Shown here: positions 20,108 through 29,464 of the stretch, in pieces
How the letters are laid out: each line of letters begins with the position of its first letter
How positions within the stretch are numbered: the first letter of the stretch is position 1
Assembly (NCBI GenBank): GCA_963783375.1
Contig: CAWANH010000029.1
Coordinates: 1,440,001 to 1,504,000, forward strand
DNA length: 64,000 nt
Origin: Candidatus Eiseniibacteriota bacterium
GTDB taxonomy: Bacteria > Eisenbacteria > RBG-16-71-46 > JABDJR01
Direction: 5' to 3'
Translations under genes and position numbers: made by a program
The notes under the pieces: model-generated
What the model was told of the DNA's origin: nothing
Databases searched by the model: none
What the model saw: the letters and a program-made list of their open reading frames with translations, nothing else

Positions 20108-21676
20108 TTACTTCCCGTGCAGGTCGTAAGCGACGTTGAACCAGACCACATTGGCGGTGTAGTAGCGATCCAGGAGAATGTAATCGTCGTAGTTGTACAC
20201 GTTGTACTTGGCCTCGAGGTGAATGTCGTCCTTGACGGCGTATGCCCCCTCGAAGAAGAGAATCGACTTCTCGATATCCAGGTCGCCGCCCACGTTCAGG
20301 AAGGTGAGACCGCTGGAAAGACGCAGATCCTTGATCCTCTCCAGGTCCACCCGGCCGGTGACGCTGTTGTTCCAGGCCCGGAACCTCCCGGTGCGATCCT
20401 GGAACTCGTCGTTGGAATACTCGTAAGTCCCCGACAACCCGCCCCATCCGGCATAGGCGTACCGGGCGTATGCGGAGGCGACCTGTCCCGTGGCGCTGAC
20501 GTCGATATCGGGATAGTCCCGGTCACGAATACGGAATCCCGAACCGATCGAAAGACCCTTGACCGGGTTCACCTCCAGGTCGCCACGGAAATGGGCGGTC
20601 TCGATGTCCTTGAGAAGGGTCAGCTCCTCCTGGTCCTTCTTCAGCCTGCCCGCGTACCGGAACCTGGCGGTGAGGAGCTTGTTGTACCGGAAGGTCGTCG
20701 CCGCCCGCCAGCTGCTGTAGTACGTGAGGGAGACCTCGTCGTCGTTGGTCTCGTATCCGTAGCCGAGGGAGACGTCGCCGTACCGGTAGAAAACGGTGGC
20801 GTCGATGTCGTTGGTGAAGCGATCCGTCTTGAGATCGGTGGTCTGGTCGTCGATCCGCTGGGCTTCGAATCGGTACTCGAGGCGCAGGGGATCGACCGGA
20901 TCGATCAGGCCGGTGTACTGGAAATTGGCCAGGGTGTAGTCCAGGTCCCCGGTGGAGAGGTTGCTGACCCCGTAGGCCGCCCGCAAGAGGTGTGTCCACC
21001 TGTCGTAGAACATGCAGGGAGTCGCGATCCGGGCCGAGACGACCTGGCCGGTGCGGTCGGCGTCCGAGTTCCGCTGGTCGCTGAAGTCGGAGACGCGATA
21101 GTCGACGGCCAGAACCCTTCGGTTCTTCCGGGCCTCCGCCGACACACGGCCGGAGAGGAGGCCGCTGTCGTACCGGAGCCCCAGGGCGTCGGCGGTTCCG
21201 GGTGGATAGGATAGACGGTTCCCGGTCTGGGTGATGTAGCCCAGGGATCCCTCGAGTTTGATCCAGCGCTCCGGAGTGAATCGCGCGTTCAGGTTCCAGT
21301 TCCGCCGGTCGGACGTCGTGTTGCGGCCGGGGTCGAACACCTGGCGGTTTTGGGTGAGCGAAGCCGACAGCTTGAATCTGCCCGGTCGCCGGTAGAGCAA
21401 CTTCCCTTGACGACTGTCGAAGTTGATCTCCTTGAGGTCGATCATCAGGTAGTTGTCGGGATTCGGCGTTCCGGTCAGGCGGAGCTGGGTGATGGAGAAC
21501 CCGTCGTGGATGTTGTAGGTCTCCTGGACCGCGGACCGGTCCCCCACCTCATCGAGGATGACCCCGCCCAGTTTCACGGTCCCGGTCCACGCCCCCGCCC
21601 GAAGCGGAGCCGCCCCCAGGACGAAGATGAGCATGGCCATGAGTGTCGCTCGGGTCTTCATTCGCATTCGCACCAT
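20108..21676 (-). CDS. Outer-membrane beta-barrel porin, MtrB/PioB-like
   Basis: Signal peptide; alternating aromatic/hydrophobic beta-strands; terminal strand VWFNVAYDL; lies directly after a decaheme cytochrome. Confidence 0.75.
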   Translation of the reverse strand: MVRMRMKTRATLMAMLIFVLGAAPLRAGAWTGTVKLGGVILDEVGDRSAVQETYNIHDGFSITQLRLTGTPNPDNYLMIDLKEINFDSRQGKLLYRRPGRFKLSASLTQNRQVFDPGRNTTSDRRNWNLNARFTPERWIKLEGSLGYITQTGNRLSYPPGTADALGLRYDSGLLSGRVSAEARKNRRVLAVDYRVSDFSDQRNSDADRTGQVVSARIATPCMFYDRWTHLLRAAYGVSNLSTGDLDYTLANFQYTGLIDPVDPLRLEYRFEAQRIDDQTTDLKTDRFTNDIDATVFYRYGDVSLGYGYETNDDEVSLTYYSSWRAATTFRYNKLLTARFRYAGRLKKDQEELTLLKDIETAHFRGDLEVNPVKGLSIGSGFRIRDRDYPDIDVSATGQVASAYARYAYAGWGGLSGTYEYSNDEFQDRTGRFRAWNNSVTGRVDLERIKDLRLSSGLTFLNVGGDLDIEKSILFFEGAYAVKDDIHLEAKYNVYNYDDYILLDRYYTANVVWFNVAYDLHGK

Positions 21677-21680
21677 CCTA

Positions 21681-22640
21681 CTACTGGTGACAGCCTGATT
21701 TGAGACAGCCTTGGTCCCTGAGCGACTCGCTCAGGAAGTTCCGGCTGGTGTAGGAACCGTGAATGTCCACGTGGCAGTCGTTGCACGGAATGTCGGCCCA
21801 TCTGGTTCCGTGATGGGAGTTCATCTGGTGTAGCGGGACGGTGTGGCACTGCTTGCACAGCTGGAAGTTCGGAGCCTCGTAGGGCTGCTTGAGCATCCGC
21901 GGCAGGTAGGACCCGTGGGGGTCGTGACAGTTCATGCAGCCCCCCTCCTCCGTGGAGTAATCCACCGTCGCCTGGTGCTCGTAGGGGAACGGTCCCTGGA
22001 ACTCGCCGTGGCAGCTCGTGCACATCTCGCTGCCGTTCCTGGACATGTCCCGGGAGCCGGCGTCCAGGGTCTTGTGACAATCGGCGCAGTTCATGACTCC
22101 GTCATCGACCGGATGCCGGAAGGGCTTGGCGAACTGATTTCCCACCGCGGTGTGGCACCCCAGGCACAGATCGGGCTGCGCTTTCCTGAGGAGCGGAGGC
22201 TGGGTGGAAGCGTGGACGCTGTGACAGCCGCTGCAGTTCACGTCGCTCCGGGCGTGGACGTTCTTTTCCATCATGTTTTGCTGGTGGCTGTTCAGGTGGC
22301 AGGTGGAGCAGATCTTGCCTTCGACCGCCGCGCTCAGGGCGGCGGGAACCGGCATCGGATACTGCTCCGGGTCCTCCTCGTAGTGACGAGAGTCCCCGCG
22401 GTGGCAATCGGTGCAGGCTACCCGGACATCGGCTCCCTGATCGGATTCCCGGGCCACCCGATGGGGGGTCAGTGCGAGTGAATCGGCCATTCCCTCATGG
22501 CACGTCAGGCATGTTTCGGTTTCACGGGGGTAGTCCCCGGCGGAGGGATCCGGCTGCGATCCGGCGAGAAGAACGATGACAAAAGGAACAAGGAATAACA
22601 CCGGCACGTAGCGACGCAGTTCCTTGGCTTGCTCTTTCAA
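21681..22640 (-). CDS. DmsE/MtrA-family decaheme cytochrome c
   Basis: 10 CxxCH plus terminal CLKSGCH; QFAKPFRHPV, GPFPYEH, CMNCHDPHGS, CNDCHVDIHGS match the MtrA/DmsE pattern; TTG start after GGAGG. Confidence 0.88.
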   Translation of the reverse strand: MKEQAKELRRYVPVLFLVPFVIVLLAGSQPDPSAGDYPRETETCLTCHEGMADSLALTPHRVARESDQGADVRVACTDCHRGDSRHYEEDPEQYPMPVPAALSAAVEGKICSTCHLNSHQQNMMEKNVHARSDVNCSGCHSVHASTQPPLLRKAQPDLCLGCHTAVGNQFAKPFRHPVDDGVMNCADCHKTLDAGSRDMSRNGSEMCTSCHGEFQGPFPYEHQATVDYSTEEGGCMNCHDPHGSYLPRMLKQPYEAPNFQLCKQCHTVPLHQMNSHHGTRWADIPCNDCHVDIHGSYTSRNFLSESLRDQGCLKSGCHQ

Positions 22641-22687
22641 TGGGCCCCCTCCGAAGAAAGACCGCCTATGTAGCTCTTTCAGGGCGA

Positions 22688-22717
22688 AACGTACCAACAC
22701 CTTAACGGAGCCGTCAA
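22688..22717 (-). promoter_or_regulatory. Putative sigma70 promoter for the decaheme-porin-lipoprotein operon
   Basis: TTGACG-N18-TACGTT with TGn extension, in an AT-rich intergenic region. Confidence 0.45.
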
Positions 22718-22809
22718 AGTGCTTTTTCCGATTTGACTTATTCTTTTATCGTGTTCCGGAGGGAGATCTCCCCATTCAAACCTGGAATATGAGGTATCAA
22801 GAGAAAACA

Positions 22810-22826
22810 GATAATTCTTGTCATAA
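22810..22826. promoter_or_regulatory. Candidate regulator site (Fur-box-like), copy 1
   Basis: GATAATTCTTGTCATAA; near-identical to 33106-33122. Confidence 0.35.
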
Positions 22827-22862
22827 AATCTTTCCTCCGGAACCCGCCCGGGCGCGTTCCCC

Positions 22863-22898
22863 CGGGGGAAGGCCGCCCTGGAAAGCGGCCTCCCCCCG
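22863..22898 (-). terminator. GC-rich hairpin after the 42-heme cytochrome gene
   Basis: GGGGGAAGGCCGC...GCGGCCTCCCCC imperfect inverted repeat; no clear U-tract. Confidence 0.45.
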
Positions 22899-22911
22899 AG
22901 CCGTCGTACGC

Positions 22912-25900
22912 CTACGGCCCCGAGGGGGAACGCACCTGCATGTTCTCCCCCAGGTGGCACTGCATGCACAGGTCCCGGGTCTTGTCGTGGGTCAGGAGCG
23001 CCTCGAAGGGACTCGAGTGCGGGTCATGACAGGACGTGCAGGTGATGGCCAACCCGGTCCGGGGGTCCTTGGTCGGACCCTGGTAGGGGTGGAAGTGGCT
23101 CTTGGTCACATCGTCATGGCACTGGAGGCAGAGCTTTTCCTGAGGCTCGTTCAGGATGCCCCGGGTCGCGCTCCCGTGAGGGTCGTGGCAGGTGTCGCAG
23201 CCGCCCACGTCCGGGTGCTTGTACTCTCCGGCGAACATGGCCCGGTCATGGCAGGTGAAGCAGGTCGAGGCCTCGTCCTCACGCCTGAGAAGCGACGCCG
23301 TCCGCCCGGCATGGGGGGAGTGGCAGTTGAGGCAGGCCAGCTTCTCGGTCACCGCGGGGTGGACCACCGGCTTCTCGGCGTCCTTGGCATGGCCGCCGTG
23401 ACAGGTGACGCAGAGCGCCGCTCCCTCCGCCTTCAGCCCGTTCTGCCCGGCGTGGCACGCCATGCAGTCCTTCTGGGCGTAGGGGGCGTGGTTGAAGGCC
23501 AGGACGAGGCCCGGCTCGGTCGAGCCGTGGGGATCGTGGCAGCTCGTGCAGTCCCCCTTCCCCGCCTCGAACCCACGGTGCCTGGCTTTGAAGGCGGAGG
23601 CGGTCTCGTCGTGGCACTGCCCGCACAGGGCCTTGGCCGGCTCGGCCAGGAGCCCCTTCACCGTCCCCACGTGGGGGTCGTGACAGGTCTGGCAATCCCC
23701 TTCCTTGGCCGGGGGATGGGCGTTGGCCAGCCGGCTCCGCTCGGCGACCGCCGGGTGGCAGTCGGCGCAGAGGCCCGGAGCCGCCTCCTTGAGGAGTCCG
23801 GGCATGACCCCCTCGTGCCCGCCGTGGCAGACCCGGCAGTTCCCATCCCGGACCGGGCTGTGGACCAGGTCGGGGTCGGCCTTCTTGATCCGCCCGCCCG
23901 GGTCGTCATGGCACCGGGCGCAGAGTCCGGGCCCCGAGTCCACGAGCAGGGTCGAGTCGGCGGCGGCATGGGGATTGTGGCAGCTCGCGCACTCCCCCGC
24001 CTCCACCGGGGCGTGAAGTCCCTTGGGGGGCGCCGGGGCCTCGATCGCCCCGTGGCAGGACCCGCAGAGCTCGACCTGGGAGTCCACCAGCTCCACCTTC
24101 CCCCCCGGGGACTGGGGCTTGTGGCAGGTGGAGCAGGACCCCGGGCCGAAGGGCTCGTGGCGGACCGCTCGCAGGAGCCCCTTTTCCCGGCTCCGATGCG
24201 GATCGTGGCAGGATAGGCAGCTTCCCCCCTCCGGGGCGAAGTTGTCGTGGAGCTTCCTGAAATCCCGGTCCCCCACGTCGTGGCAGGAGCTGCAGGGGTT
24301 CTTCAGCGCCACCAGCCCGTCGGCGCCCTTGGTCTGGTGGGGATCGTGGCAGACCTCGCAGTTCCCCTCCTTCACCGGGGGATGGACGGTCCCGCTGTCC
24401 AGGGAGTCCTTCATCGCGGTGTGGCAGGTGAAGCAGATCTCGCCCTTGGCCGCCCTCAGGAAGGGCGGTCCGTCGGCGGTCCCGTGGGGATTGTGGCAGT
24501 CGGCGCACTTTCCCTCCGCCGCCGGCTCGTGGAGGGTCGCGGGGGGAAGATCGGCGGTCACCTCGCTGTGGCAGCCCCCGCAGAGCTCGGCGGCCGGGCT
24601 CACCAGGAGTCCGCGATTGGTCCCGCCGTGCGGCCGGTGACAGTCGGTGCACTCACCCTCGGCGAAGGGCGGGTGGGGGCTCGCCACCCTGAGCTCGTCG
24701 ACCTGCCTCGCGTGGCAGGGCAGACAGACCAGGGGCTGCTTCTGGACCAGGATGGCCGGGTTGTCGCTCCCGTGAGCCTGGTGGCAGTCGGCGCACCCGT
24801 TCCCGGCGAAGGGGAAGTGCACCACCGGGAGCTTCCGCTCCCCGGCGGTGTCCTCATGGCAGGAAAGACAGGTCACGTCCTCGGCCTGGGTCAGGAGATG
24901 CGGCTGGGTGCTGACGTGCGCGGTGTGGCAGGCGCGGCAATCGTCCTGGAGCGGGGCGTGGGGCACCTTGACCGAATCGGCGGCGGCGATCACGTCCTGG
25001 TGGCAGGACGCGCAGAGGTCCGGCGAGGCCTTTCGCAGCATGGCCTTCCCGCCGCCCCCGTGGGGGGCGTGACAGGCGTCACAGGCCAGGGCCTCGAACG
25101 GGGCGTGCCGCGACACCAGGTCCTTCTGGTCGCGCGGGTCCTCATGGCAGACGAAGCAGAGATCCTCGGCGTTTCCCTTGAGCAGGAACCTACGGTCCGC
25201 GCTGTGGGGATCGTGGCAGAACAGGCAGTCGCCTTCCGCCGCGGGAGGATGGCCGCCCGGCCCCGCGGCGGTTTCCCCCACGTCGGAGTGGCAGGTCACG
25301 CAGAGATCTTCCTTCGACGCGGTGAGCTCCCCGGGCTTGTCCGGCAGGCCGGCGTGGCAGGCCTGGCAGTCCGCCTCGGCGTAGGGAGCGTGCACGTATC
25401 CCCGGTTCTGGTCCGTGCTGGTTGAACCGTGGGGATCGTGGCACGATGAACAGGACGCGCCCGCTACCTCCGGTCGAGCATGGAGTTCCGGCAGCTCCGA
25501 TACGGGACCGTGGCAGCGGGCGCAAAGCTCTTTCTCGGGCGCGACCAGAAGGTTCGCGTTGGCCGAGTTGTGGGGAAGGTGGCACTCGGAGCACTTCCCC
25601 TCCTCGAAGGGTTTGTGTTTCCGGGTGGAGGCGATGGCCGCCTTGAGCTTGGGATGGCAGGAGGCGCAGGTCTCGGCTTCGGGACCGCGGAGCAGCCCCT
25701 TCTGGTCCGAGGCATGGGGATCATGGCAGCCGTCACAGGTGACCCCTTCCACCGCCAGATGATCCGAGCCCGAATCCGGGGCCACCTTCACGTCCTGGTG
25801 GCAATCCGTGCAGAGCTGGGGGAAGTCCTTCTGAAGGATCAGCGACTGGGCGAAGCCGTGCCGCTTGTGACAGGACTCGCAGTCCTCCTGCGCCGTCGGG

Positions 25901-26076
25901 ATGTGAACGACCTTCTTCCCCTTGAACTCGTCCCGGGCCTTCTGGTGGCAGTCGTAGCAGGGGCGTCGCTGGAGCGCCTCGCTTCGGCCGGCGAATTCCG
26001 GCAGGAAGAGCCCGGCCGCCACGGCCAGGACCACGAACCCGAGGCCGACGACGGCGGTGCGAACGCGGGGAACCAT
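22912..26076 (-). CDS. Giant 42-heme c-type cytochrome (paired-CxxCH repeat type)
   Basis: 42 CxxCH counted in ~1054 aa; N-terminal hydrophobic signal or anchor; repeat HxP..CxxCHxPH..LL..LCxxCH; start at MVPRVR after GAGGAG. Confidence 0.93.
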   Translation of the reverse strand: MVPRVRTAVVGLGFVVLAVAAGLFLPEFAGRSEALQRRPCYDCHQKARDEFKGKKVVHIPTAQEDCESCHKRHGFAQSLILQKDFPQLCTDCHQDVKVAPDSGSDHLAVEGVTCDGCHDPHASDQKGLLRGPEAETCASCHPKLKAAIASTRKHKPFEEGKCSECHLPHNSANANLLVAPEKELCARCHGPVSELPELHARPEVAGASCSSCHDPHGSTSTDQNRGYVHAPYAEADCQACHAGLPDKPGELTASKEDLCVTCHSDVGETAAGPGGHPPAAEGDCLFCHDPHSADRRFLLKGNAEDLCFVCHEDPRDQKDLVSRHAPFEALACDACHAPHGGGGKAMLRKASPDLCASCHQDVIAAADSVKVPHAPLQDDCRACHTAHVSTQPHLLTQAEDVTCLSCHEDTAGERKLPVVHFPFAGNGCADCHQAHGSDNPAILVQKQPLVCLPCHARQVDELRVASPHPPFAEGECTDCHRPHGGTNRGLLVSPAAELCGGCHSEVTADLPPATLHEPAAEGKCADCHNPHGTADGPPFLRAAKGEICFTCHTAMKDSLDSGTVHPPVKEGNCEVCHDPHQTKGADGLVALKNPCSSCHDVGDRDFRKLHDNFAPEGGSCLSCHDPHRSREKGLLRAVRHEPFGPGSCSTCHKPQSPGGKVELVDSQVELCGSCHGAIEAPAPPKGLHAPVEAGECASCHNPHAAADSTLLVDSGPGLCARCHDDPGGRIKKADPDLVHSPVRDGNCRVCHGGHEGVMPGLLKEAAPGLCADCHPAVAERSRLANAHPPAKEGDCQTCHDPHVGTVKGLLAEPAKALCGQCHDETASAFKARHRGFEAGKGDCTSCHDPHGSTEPGLVLAFNHAPYAQKDCMACHAGQNGLKAEGAALCVTCHGGHAKDAEKPVVHPAVTEKLACLNCHSPHAGRTASLLRREDEASTCFTCHDRAMFAGEYKHPDVGGCDTCHDPHGSATRGILNEPQEKLCLQCHDDVTKSHFHPYQGPTKDPRTGLAITCTSCHDPHSSPFEALLTHDKTRDLCMQCHLGENMQVRSPSGP

Positions 26077-26077
26077 G

Positions 26078-26629
26078 TTACTTCTCCTCGGCGCTGGGAG
26101 GTTCGTAGCCATGAACTTCCTTGAGCTGGAACGTGAAGAACGATTTCGGCGAGAAGTGAGGCGGGAAGTTCAGGAACGCCCACGAGCTGTCGACCGCCGC
26201 CCCCTCCTTGAACACCAGCACGTGGACGGCCGGGTTCTTCATTTCCATGGAGAAGTTCACCGGCTTGCCGCCGGCGATCTTGAAGTCGGGCATGAAGCCG
26301 CTCACCCGGGCGGTGTAGGGAGTGTCCCCCAGGTACATCGTCTCGCCGAGCTTCACGGTGTGGGACTCGCTCCAGCTCGGGTACATCCGGTTTCCCACCT
26401 CGAGGCCGAAGCTCAAGGTGGTGTCGGCCGCGATGGCCGCGGTGTCGGCTCCGGTTTCGGGCCCCGTGGTCCTGGGAAGCGAGCGAAGGATGGCGGCGGC
26501 GCCCGAGTCCGGCGACGCCTCCTCGGGGTGGACGGCCGCCGAATCCGCCGGCGCGTCCTGGGATCGGGCCCCGTCCGCCCAGGCCCAGACCAGGAGTCCC
26601 AACCCCACCGCGATCAAGATCCGTCTCAT
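26078..26629 (-). CDS. Exported protein, DUF2155/ResB-periplasmic-like
   Basis: Signal peptide MRRILIAVGLGLLVWAWA; GFMPDFKI..SMEMKNPAVHV..W.F..FP resembles Geobacter DUF2155 proteins as recalled. Confidence 0.6.
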   Translation of the reverse strand: MRRILIAVGLGLLVWAWADGARSQDAPADSAAVHPEEASPDSGAAAILRSLPRTTGPETGADTAAIAADTTLSFGLEVGNRMYPSWSESHTVKLGETMYLGDTPYTARVSGFMPDFKIAGGKPVNFSMEMKNPAVHVLVFKEGAAVDSSWAFLNFPPHFSPKSFFTFQLKEVHGYEPPSAEEK

Positions 26630-27282
26630 CCGATCCCTCCCTTTCCCGGCGCCACACCCACGTCCGTCCGGTCCGACTCTCCCGTGTCCTTCGGGGGCGG
26701 CGAGCTCGACGCTCCGGCGCCGCCCCGGACCGGAGGCAGGGTGGAGAGAATCCCCTCCACGGTTTCCGAAGCCAATCGCTCCAGGCTGGACACCCGCCCG
26801 ATACCGAACACGCTTTCCTTGTCCCCGCCGTCCCGGCTGTACACCGCACTCCAGAGCACCTTCCCCCCGGGCACCTCCAGGAGCCGGAGAGACACCGAAA
26901 CCTGGGGCACCTGGCTTCCGTCCGCATCCCGATAGCCGTAGGCGAGGACCGACCCCACCAGGAGCGCGTTGGCCCCCATCTCCACCCCCAGTGAATCCAC
27001 CAGGTCCGGGGGCAGGCGGTCGGTCATGATCCACGGCTGCTTGGAGAGCGCAGCCTCCATACGTCCCACATCCACCACCGCGATCCCGCGGTGCTCGGCC
27101 AGGGCCACCGCGAGCATCGGGGCAAGCCGGTCGGGAGCGTCCCGGGTCGGCGTGTAGTTGGCCAGGGGAAGGATCCCCACCCGCCAGCTTCCGCTCAAGG
27201 GCTCCGCAACGTACGCCCGAGGCCCCGGCGCGCAGCCGGCCAGGACCAGGATGATGGCCGCGAGAACCGTCTTCCGGGTCAT
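26626..27282 (-). CDS. Lipoprotein, CsgG/PelC/GNA1162-like fold
   Basis: Lipobox LAGC; VGILPLANYT, LLVGSVLAYG, VSVSLRLLEVPGGKVLWS. Confidence 0.75.
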   Translation of the reverse strand: MTRKTVLAAIILVLAGCAPGPRAYVAEPLSGSWRVGILPLANYTPTRDAPDRLAPMLAVALAEHRGIAVVDVGRMEAALSKQPWIMTDRLPPDLVDSLGVEMGANALLVGSVLAYGYRDADGSQVPQVSVSLRLLEVPGGKVLWSAVYSRDGGDKESVFGIGRVSSLERLASETVEGILSTLPPVRGGAGASSSPPPKDTGESDRTDVGVAPGKGGIG

Positions 27283-27869
27283 CAGCGCCTCGCTCGCGGA
27301 AGTGAGGACAGAAGTCCCCGGCAGACGTCGGCGGTGAGGGTTTCCATCAGCCGCACCCCTCCCCAGCCGAGGATGGGGAAACCGGCCCCGCCCTTCCGGG
27401 TCTCGCTCGCGCTCCAGACCAGGCGGCCGGTGGCCGCGTCCACCAGGCGCACCTCGATGGAAAACAGTGGATAGGAATCGCGCCCGGAGCTCACCATCTC
27501 GTACTGCCGCACCGTGCCCATGAAGATCCCCTGCACGCCCGCCTTTTCTCCCAGTTGGGCCAGTTGTTCGGTCGACCAGGGAGTCTCGGCGGGGATCCCC
27601 CCGCGGATCTGGGTCATGTCCGCGGCGAACTGTCCGGGTTCCACCACCTCGGCGAACCCCCGTTCCAGGAGCTCGGTGAAGAACACGTTGGTGACCCGGT
27701 ATCCCGCGGCCCGATCCTGGGCGAGGCTGGTGAAGGGGATGATGCCCACCCTCTCGTAGAAAGGCAGGTCGGCCTCGGGGTTCAGGAACCGGGTCGGACC
27801 CCCGCAACCGGAGACGGCGATGAGCGTCGTCGCCACCAGGAGCGCTCGGAGCCTCGAAACGTTGTTCAT
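27282..27869 (-). CDS. Lipoprotein, CsgG/PelC/GNA1162-like fold (paralog)
   Basis: Lipobox VSGC; VGIIPFTSL, IFMGTVRQYE, IEVRLVDAATGRLVWSAS. Confidence 0.78.
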   Translation of the reverse strand: MNNVSRLRALLVATTLIAVSGCGGPTRFLNPEADLPFYERVGIIPFTSLAQDRAAGYRVTNVFFTELLERGFAEVVEPGQFAADMTQIRGGIPAETPWSTEQLAQLGEKAGVQGIFMGTVRQYEMVSSGRDSYPLFSIEVRLVDAATGRLVWSASETRKGGAGFPILGWGGVRLMETLTADVCRGLLSSLPRARR

Positions 27870-27887
27870 GAAGTTCTCGCTTCCCGT

Positions 27888-29464
27888 CTAGAAATTCCGG
27901 TCCACCGAGAGACCGTAGGTGTCCAACGTGGCCCGCCCCCGGACCGCGACCTGTCGCCAGGAAAGCTGAACCCGGGTGCGACGGGCAGGCCAGAAAGTGA
28001 AGTCGGTTCCCTTGATGATCTCGGAGGAGCGCGAGGTGAGGACCAGGGCCTCCCGCCGGGACCAGTCGAGGGAGAGGGAGGTGCGCTGGCCGAGCCGCAG
28101 GTTCCCGGTCAGGCTCCCGTAGCGTTCTTCGCGGTCGATCCGGCCCCGTCCGTTCTGGCGCCGGTAGGTCGCCACCAGGTCCGCCCCCGTGGCCGGCTGG
28201 TACCCGACCTGGTACTCCCACTGGCGATCGGTCTGGGCCCTCCCGTCGATTTCGGGGAGGGTGTCCCTCCGCCAGGTGACCTCGAACCGGGTATCCCGGC
28301 TGGGAAGGGTGCGGAGCTGGATCAGGCGATGCCACTGGGTTCCGGTGGAGACCGAGCCCCCCGCGCGCGACGCCCGGAGCTCGGCGCGGGCGTTGATTCC
28401 CTTGCGGAGGAGGCCGTCCACCAGGGTGAAGACGGTGTTCTGGGGGATCGAGCCGTCTTCGGAGCGGATGTTGAAGGAGCGGAGGTAGCCGGACTGGAAG
28501 GTCATCCCCCGAACGATCTCCCGCCGGAAAATGGCCTGGAGACGAGCGTAGTCCGCTTCGATGTCTCCGTCCACGGCCTGGCGCCGTCGATACTCCCGGA
28601 GCCCTTCGAGGCTCAGCCCCTTCACCGGCTGGTAGGCCAGGCGCCCGCTCAGGTAGCGTTCGTTGATGGTCTGATCGGCGGTCAGGGCATTGTCCTGACT
28701 CCGCCCCCAGTACACCAGCGCCGAGGTACCGACGGTGAACCGCCGGGAAGGCGCCCAGCTCGAGTTCAGGTTCATTCGCTGGGTGTAGAAGGTCCGGTCC
28801 CGGTCCCGGGAACCGAAGGTGGAGTAAAGGGCGTCGTAGGTGGCCTGGGCGTTGGCCCGGCCGAGATTGACCCCGGTCCGGAGCCCCCCCGCCACTCCTC
28901 GGTCCGGGTGTCGGGGTTCAGCCCTCCCATGGGGCGGGCGTCCAGTCTCCGCCAGGAAAGGTTGCTTCCGAAAACCCCGCCGGCGGCGTAGGAAACCTCG
29001 GCCCGGCGATCGTCGGTGGTGGAGCGGCCCTGAAGGGTCTCCCGATCCTGGCGTTCGTACTTCAGCGCCATCCTCGGGGCGCCGCGCGGGCTCACGTCGA
29101 GACCGAAAAGCAGGTTCCGGTCCCGGGACGTGCTAACGCCCACCGACGTCTGCTGCCAGGGGGTGAACTGGGTGGTGAGACGCCAGGCAGGCTTTCTGAG
29201 GTCGGCGAAGAAACGGGAGCTCAGGAGGTCCGAGTTCTCTTGTCCCGGGTTCGCCCGGTAGGAGAGGGACATGCGGAGCCTGAGGTCGGCGCTTCCGGGG
29301 AGCACGGCGCGCGTGCTCAGGTCGTAGTAGTGGCGCATGACGTCCGCGTCCGCTATTCCCGAGGTGTGGTGGTACGAACCCACGTAGCGACCCTCGTAGG
29401 CCCCGGCCCCCGCCGGAACGGCCAGAGTCGCCCCGGCCAGGATGAGCGCCGCCCACCGGTGCAT
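27888..29464 (-). CDS. Outer-membrane beta-barrel protein, split by a frameshift at a G7 tract (28884-28890)
   Basis: Signal peptide MHRWAALILAGATLAVPAGAGA; beta-strand pattern in both halves; C-terminal YGLSVDRNF; adding one G joins ...EEWRGG to LRTGVNLG. Confidence 0.75.

Noticed and set aside
21678-21683. Tandem TAG TAG at the end of the decaheme gene as possible pyrrolysine readthrough into the porin
   Set aside because: The porin is in a different frame and has its own signal peptide; no pyl genes seen
22912-26076. Periodic GTGGCA/TGCCAC repeats as a possible CRISPR array or DNA repeat
   Set aside because: They are the Cys-His codons of the CxxCH motifs within a coding sequence
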